From an uncultured Thermoplasmata archaeon (lineage in GTDB: Archaea; Thermoplasmatota; Thermoplasmata; Halarchaeoplasmatales; Halarchaeoplasmataceae): 20,074 nt of DNA. The notes under the pieces were generated by a model that saw only the letters and a list, made by a program, of their open reading frames with translations, did not search any database and was not told where the DNA came from. Both the position numbers and the translations under genes were made by a program. The stretch lies in NCBI GenBank assembly GCA_964399335.1, contig CAYNQI010000018.1:1-20074 (forward strand), in the 5' to 3' direction. This document shows positions 16,501 to 20,074 of this stretch, one piece after another; within the stretch, counting starts at the first letter, position 1, and every line of letters begins with the position of its first letter.

Positions 16501-17772
16501 AAAGCTGAATGTTATGATTATTTAGGCCGAAAAAAGGACGCTATCGAATCATATGAAAAAGCCATACAGCTAGAAGAGGAAAATCCTGTTTTATGGTATA
16601 AAAAAGGCCAGATAGAATATGAAATAGACAATAAACAAAAAGCTGTGGAAAGTTTCAGTAAGGCTGTAGAACTTGACCCTGATTATGAAGAAGCATGGTT
16701 CGAGAGAGGTAGAGCTCTTGAGGATATAAATAGTTATAAAAAAGCAGTAGAATCCTACGATAAAGCTATCGGTCTAAAAAGTGAAGATAAATATGCCTGG
16801 AATAATAAAGGCCGAGTTCTATTGGAGTTGGGTAAACCAGAGAAGGCTAAGAGAACATTCGAAAAAGCGCTGAAGATCGATCCGAACTTCGAATCTGCTA
16901 AAGAGGGACTTGAAATCTCTAAAGAGAAAGAAAAAGAACAGAAACTAGAAAATTATGCTAGAAAGATATTAGAATTCGAGTGCGAAAGAAACCGGTCGAT
17001 ATCTAAAGAAGAAGCTTTCAAGATTTGTGATATCCCTTATAATTACATAGATGATGTATTTAGATTCATCTCCAGCCGGGAGGGTTTAGATTTCCATGCT
17101 TTAGATGAAGAAAGTATATCTGAACTAGAAAGGGCATCTAGAATAGTTATTGGAAAGCTCTCTAGGGAATCAAAAAAGAACCTCCTGGAAAAGGGTGTAA
17201 GGCTTTGTGATATCGCTACAAATTTCAAAGATAAAAGTATAGAGGATTGCAAAAGAGTTTTAGAGTATATCAGAGAGGTTACACAGATCGACATATCTGC
17301 TGAAGAGATCGACGAAAAAACTGAAAGATTACTGAGAAAAAGAGTCTTAGATACGCCTCAAGAAGAAAGAGACATCCTTAGCTTGATAACAAATCTAAAT
17401 GTAGGTATTTATCAAGCTAGAAAACTACAAACTGCTTTGAAGAAATTTGAAGGAAAGGGTTACAAAGCACCCAGCACGGAAATTTCATCATTAGTGAAGG
17501 AAAAGAAAGAAAGAGAGTACGAAGAAAAAGATAAAGAAACCGCCAAAGAAAAAACAATCGAAGAGGTAAGTGCAGATGAAAAAGAAGTTGAAGATATAGA
17601 AGATGAAGAAGAATTATGCTATTACTGTGGCGATCCTACTAATTACAAGCATGATTGCGGCCTTTTATCTGTATGTCCACAATGCGAAGGTGAACATGCA
17701 GGCGAAGAATGTCCAGAATGTTCAGAAGTTATAGGAAGCGCAGATAAAGAAGATGATGAGATGCTTTTATAG
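13600..17772 (+). CDS. Large tetratricopeptide-repeat protein (roughly 30 TPR units) with C-terminal helical domain, acidic linker and Cys/His metal-binding tail
   Basis: Regular 34-aa repeats W.NKG..L..L..YEEA...(F/Y)DKA(L/I).(I/L)DP over about residues 60-1110; tail CYYC...HDC....CPQC...H....CPEC. Confidence 0.88.
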   Translation: MGFLDSINNLLNKEKRALNKAHKQMDKVEDMKNSGNVKSARELCDKTWDYLQKKRSNFEQRYDKLSQAYDRLAWLYNSLGFEDTALKIEEEALGLDNRNISALNHKALILSNKDQNKEALHILEDALEINPNDKHTLKNKGDILKKTGREEEAVRSFEKALETDPNDITFYDKILEIKPRDAKTWANKGIAHKNINEYTQAIECFNKSLEIKPHQESVWLQKGLTLREMGNLNDAVVCFDNGIETDPDHKKLWTEKGNTLYQLERYQESLEAYSKALEIDSEDKDLWNKKGTILYELERYREAVSSFDKGLAISKDDIRILNNKKEALKPLKRYDELIRVSDRILDKNPSDASTLYDKGVALQKLGKEEEAIKQFEEALSFNPRDIYALEHEKEIYKNLEKWDDVIRVTERITEIDSENWDAWYDKGQAFLKLKNPSKALESFNRSLMIKDNDQKSLKGKKEALKQLNRYEEVISVCGRLITIDPDDAQSYFDRGKSYERLKNFEKAIEDYKKGLSIDVSRPEIWNNKGLCEYRQGFYEDALESFDKAIGIDSDNKKYWNNKGHTQTKLEDYEGAIKSYEKALKIKPEDHKIWYSKGLAQEGINRYEEAIVSYDKALEINDENPNVWFSKGIALEWLDRYEEAIEAYNNSIKLDPRNRFAYKRKGIALAEIGRHDDAVKAFNRALDIKSEDLKLLEKKKESLKELGRWNDVEKTASEIIDYNIENVQAWRDKGKALKKLGEAERALESYEKAIELDENIRDLHEAKELVKDLKRWGKVIEYCEHIIDLDEKNFKAWQDKAMSLKYLKRREESIKAFEKALELEPENREMWLQKGMVLEHLKQYENALRSYNKALEIEEDVHLIHRKAESLRKMERFSEAAEWYQKAIDIEPENTRYIDMKGRCLIETGDYDEARELFEKSLEIDDQNAETWKDKGLLVKELENYEEALSSFDTAIKLGETGIEVWMNKAECYDYLGRKKDAIESYEKAIQLEEENPVLWYKKGQIEYEIDNKQKAVESFSKAVELDPDYEEAWFERGRALEDINSYKKAVESYDKAIGLKSEDKYAWNNKGRVLLELGKPEKAKRTFEKALKIDPNFESAKEGLEISKEKEKEQKLENYARKILEFECERNRSISKEEAFKICDIPYNYIDDVFRFISSREGLDFHALDEESISELERASRIVIGKLSRESKKNLLEKGVRLCDIATNFKDKSIEDCKRVLEYIREVTQIDISAEEIDEKTERLLRKRVLDTPQEERDILSLITNLNVGIYQARKLQTALKKFEGKGYKAPSTEISSLVKEKKEREYEEKDKETAKEKTIEEVSADEKEVEDIEDEEELCYYCGDPTNYKHDCGLLSVCPQCEGEHAGEECPECSEVIGSADKEDDEMLL

Positions 17773-17776
17773 GTGA

Positions 17777-18328
17777 TCAAGATCGGATATAAAATCCAGA
17801 CTTCGCCTTTTTGACCTCTGATCTACTTTTCTCTAGGAAACTGTAAACTGTAGAGTGTTCACTACCCTGAAGTAGCATTTCGATAGCTCTTTTTGCTACA
17901 CTTATCTCAACCGAGCCTCCTATAATACCTATAGTATTTCCATAAACAGAGACATATGTTTCACTGAGCTCTTCTATAATCTCTCGACTTCTACCATTTT
18001 TCCCGATAACCCTTCCACTTACTCTATGTACAGCATTAGAATTTTTTCCTACGTAATCTCTTATATCTATCAATTCAAAATAAACATCTTTATCTAGAAT
18101 TTTTAATGCCTTATTTGGATTAAAACCCCTTCCAATAGCTTTGACCACATCCTCGACCTGCATCGGCATCAATGGGTCTTCAATTTCCTCTACATCGATC
18201 TGCACTAATCCAGTTTCAGAATCAATTTCAAGTTTTGCGTCAGATTTTTCTTCAATTTTAGATTTTACTTTTCCTTCTTCACCGATAAGAACCCCGATCC
18301 TTTCTTTAGGTATTTTTAAATCTATCAT
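17777..18328 (-). CDS. dim2: Archaeal KH-domain rRNA-processing protein (Dim2/Pno1 family)
   Basis: IPKERIGVLIGEEG, AIGRGF, GRVIGKNG, HSTVYSFL. Start set at ATG18328, directly after the rio1 TGA with GGAGTG upstream. Confidence 0.88.
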   Translation of the reverse strand: MIDLKIPKERIGVLIGEEGKVKSKIEEKSDAKLEIDSETGLVQIDVEEIEDPLMPMQVEDVVKAIGRGFNPNKALKILDKDVYFELIDIRDYVGKNSNAVHRVSGRVIGKNGRSREIIEELSETYVSVYGNTIGIIGGSVEISVAKRAIEMLLQGSEHSTVYSFLEKSRSEVKKAKSGFYIRS

Positions 18329-18329
18329 A

Positions 18330-19082
18330 TCAATAATCCACTCCTTTGATATCATTAATAAGTTTTTCTTCGTCAGTATCGATTCCATTTTTAGAATAAT
18401 AATTAGAGAGGTTTTTAATGTCCCTTACCAATAGTTCCTCACTTTTAGGATGAGATAAAGGAACTGCTTGTGAGACATCTATAAAATAAGGATAATCGTC
18501 CTTGATCAGAATATTGTACTCACTCAAATCTCCATGTACCATATTGACTTTCTGGTAAAGTGTCTTGTAGTCTGAAATGATATCATTATAAAGTATATTC
18601 AGACTCTCTTTATCAAAGGGTACATCTTTCAACATCGGAGCAGGCTGACCCTCATACTCTAAATATTCCATAACTAAGATATTCTTAGAAAATGTGATAG
18701 GTTCTGGAACTCTCATACCAGCTTTGTGCATTTTCTTTAGATTAGAGAATTCTTTCTTAGTCCAAGTAAATATTAAGTTCCTACCACTACCAAAATTTTT
18801 AAATCTCGGATCACCTTCGATATAGGTACGATATTTCTTGAATACGGCGGTGTTTATCCTCATTATTTTTAAAGCTACTTTAGTTCCATCTATTTGTAAA
18901 CCTTTGAAAACTTTAGCTTCTTTACCAGTAGATATTGGATGTTCTAGAGTATCGATGAATCCATTTGTCATCAACTCATATAACACTTTTAAAGTACTTT
19001 TATCAAAAACCTCCTGATAGGTCTTTCTATCAGGTATTTTGATCTTATCTTTGACATACTGTTCCTTTTCTTCTCTAGTCAT
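18330..19082 (-). CDS. rio1: RIO1-family atypical Ser/Thr kinase/ATPase (small-subunit biogenesis)
   Basis: ISTGKEAKVF P-loop, ALKIMR, LVMEYL, HGDLSEYNIL catalytic loop, IDVSQAV. Confidence 0.93.
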   Translation of the reverse strand: MTREEKEQYVKDKIKIPDRKTYQEVFDKSTLKVLYELMTNGFIDTLEHPISTGKEAKVFKGLQIDGTKVALKIMRINTAVFKKYRTYIEGDPRFKNFGSGRNLIFTWTKKEFSNLKKMHKAGMRVPEPITFSKNILVMEYLEYEGQPAPMLKDVPFDKESLNILYNDIISDYKTLYQKVNMVHGDLSEYNILIKDDYPYFIDVSQAVPLSHPKSEELLVRDIKNLSNYYSKNGIDTDEEKLINDIKGVDY

Positions 19083-19124
19083 CTTTATCTTATCTTAAGC
19101 TTACAGTTTAAATAGGTTTTCCTA

Positions 19125-19418
19125 TTATTCAGGATATTTTTTTCTATTCTTTTCGACTTTCTTTTCGACAGCTTGTACTATATTTACATCGGTAGCGTCG
19201 GCCATCAATAGCAAATATATGAATATATCTGCGATCTCATCCTCTAAATCTTCCCTTTCTACATTTGATAAATCATCGTCCCATTGGAATAATTCCATCA
19301 ATTCCGATGATTCGATAGCTATTGATATGCTTAAATTTTTTGGAGTGTGGTATTTCTGCCAGTCCCTTTGATCTCGGAAATTAATCACTAACTCTTGAAG
19401 TTCTTTAATTTTACCCAT
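19125..19418 (-). CDS. MazG-like nucleotide pyrophosphohydrolase (dCTP-pyrophosphatase-type)
   Basis: FRDQRDWQKYHTPKNL, ESSELMELFQW, EDEIADIFIYL and KNRKKYP match the all-alpha NTP-PPase pattern. Confidence 0.85.
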   Translation of the reverse strand: MGKIKELQELVINFRDQRDWQKYHTPKNLSISIAIESSELMELFQWDDDLSNVEREDLEDEIADIFIYLLLMADATDVNIVQAVEKKVEKNRKKYPE

Positions 19419-19469
19419 AAATATGCAACTCTAATAAGATATAATAGTTTTTACAATGGATAGTTCTGA

Positions 19470-19745
19470 TCAGAGACTCATCGTGATTTTAATTGAAGAT
19501 ACATCTGTAGCATCTCTTCCATCTCCTGCATCTAAATTTTCAGTAGATATAGAGATGTCTGAAACGGTTATATCTGGTAAGAATTTATTTCTCACAATCT
19601 CTGCCACATCAACTGCTTTACTGATTGCTCTACCTCTAGCTTTGATTAGAACCTCGTCAGACCCACTATTAAATTGGGTGATAACGGCCATAACATAATT
19701 CATTGTTTCTTTCTTACCGATAAACACTGTGTTTTCTTCACTCAT
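19470..19745 (-). CDS. albA: Alba DNA/RNA-binding chromatin protein
   Basis: [36 protein letters not shown]; 91 aa. Confidence 0.95.
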   Translation of the reverse strand: MSEENTVFIGKKETMNYVMAVITQFNSGSDEVLIKARGRAISKAVDVAEIVRNKFLPDITVSDISISTENLDAGDGRDATDVSSIKITMSL

Positions 19746-19785
19746 CTAATTCACTCAATTGTTAATTATATATAATCAAACGATA

Positions 19786-19809
19786 TTTCATAGAATATTA
19801 AACTTTTGG
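19786..19809 (-). promoter_or_regulatory. albA promoter: BRE/TATA with adjacent TTC-N3-GAA palindrome
   Basis: Minus strand CCAAAAG-TTTAATAT followed immediately by TCTATGAAA; GAGTGA RBS-like site 5 nt before ATG19745. Confidence 0.55.
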
Positions 19810-19871
19810 TTAATGATGATTAAAACAGATCAGTTAGAATCTGCAGGGTAAGCTAAAATCAAGGAGAAAAA

Positions 19872-19925
19872 ATGAACGATGTAAATTTATTTGTAGAAAA
19901 TCAAAGATTTCTAACTATACGCTAA
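19872..19925 (+). CDS. Possible 17-aa small ORF MNDVNLFVENQRFLTIR
   Basis: AAGGAG at 19861-19866, 5 nt before the ATG; the stop lies inside the first repeat copy. No other support. Confidence 0.15.
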   Translation: MNDVNLFVENQRFLTIR

Positions 19926-20072
19926 TTTTCATAGAAAATGTAGCGGACTCTGCAGAATGCTACCGCATTCTCCTTGTCCTCCAATCATTAACATAAAAAT
20001 GATATAGCGGACTCGTCAGAAATCAAAGATTTCTAACTATACGCTAATTTTCATAGAAAATGTAGCGGACTC
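19898..20072. repeat. Exact 53-bp direct repeat (19898-19950 and 20020-20072) plus a diverged intervening partial copy
   Basis: AAATCAAAGATTTCTAACTATACGCTAATTTTCATAGAAAATGTAGCGGACTC occurs twice, 122 bp apart. TAGCGGACTC starts at 19941, 20005 and 20063. Confidence 0.95.
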
Positions 20073-20074
20073 GC

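Noticed and set aside
13600-16950. TPR coding region as a DNA tandem repeat or recent duplication
   Set aside because: The periodicity is at protein level; I saw no long exact nucleotide repeats.
653-19698. Short opposite-strand or alternate-frame ORFs in the track (e.g. 653-961, 2310-2720, 4829-5203, 9995-10336, 13957-14244, 17043-17294, 19456-19698)
   Set aside because: All lie inside well-supported genes, have Ser/Phe/Leu-rich antisense-shadow composition and show no motifs.
19891-20074. Calling the terminal repeats a CRISPR array, tRNA or replication origin
   Set aside because: There are only three degenerate cores, a duplicated spacer and no cas genes; no cloverleaf or T-loop; no ORB G-string consensus or cdc6 in view. 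Kept only as an unclassified repeat.
1-20074. Apparent GC decline from the left part to the ABC/TPR region as evidence of a genomic island
   Set aside because: Judged only from a few hand-counted lines. It is explainable by K/E/I-rich protein composition and expression bias; core genes (rio1, dim2, albA) lie in the AT-rich part, and no integrase, tRNA or att repeat is present.

Overview
Gene-dense archaeal chromosomal window. The archaeal assignment rests on Alba, RIO1, a Dim2-type KH protein, a DRG GTPase, BRE/TATA promoters and GGAGG/GGTGA ribosome-binding sites. The gene set and the very acidic exported proteins suggest a salt-adapted Thermoplasmatota-like host (inference). Gene order: 5'-truncated extracellular protein; lysine 6-aminotransferase; conserved hypothetical (degenerate Mrr-like?); isoaspartyl peptidase/asparaginase; hypA-hypD-SAM methyltransferase-basic orphan; DRG GTPase; DUF116; two divergent membrane-anchored surface proteins; ABC-2 exporter pair with a non-canonical ATPase; 1390-aa TPR protein with a Cys/His-rich tail; KH(Dim2)-RIO1; MazG-like pyrophosphatase; Alba. 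The window ends in a non-coding block with an exact 53-bp direct repeat made of palindromes, a 10-bp core recurring at 58-64 bp intervals, and a motif shared with the alba promoter. This block is the least explained element and is cut by the window edge. I saw no rRNA, tRNA, cas, transposase or integrase genes. All calls come from motif reading by eye; no database search was run.
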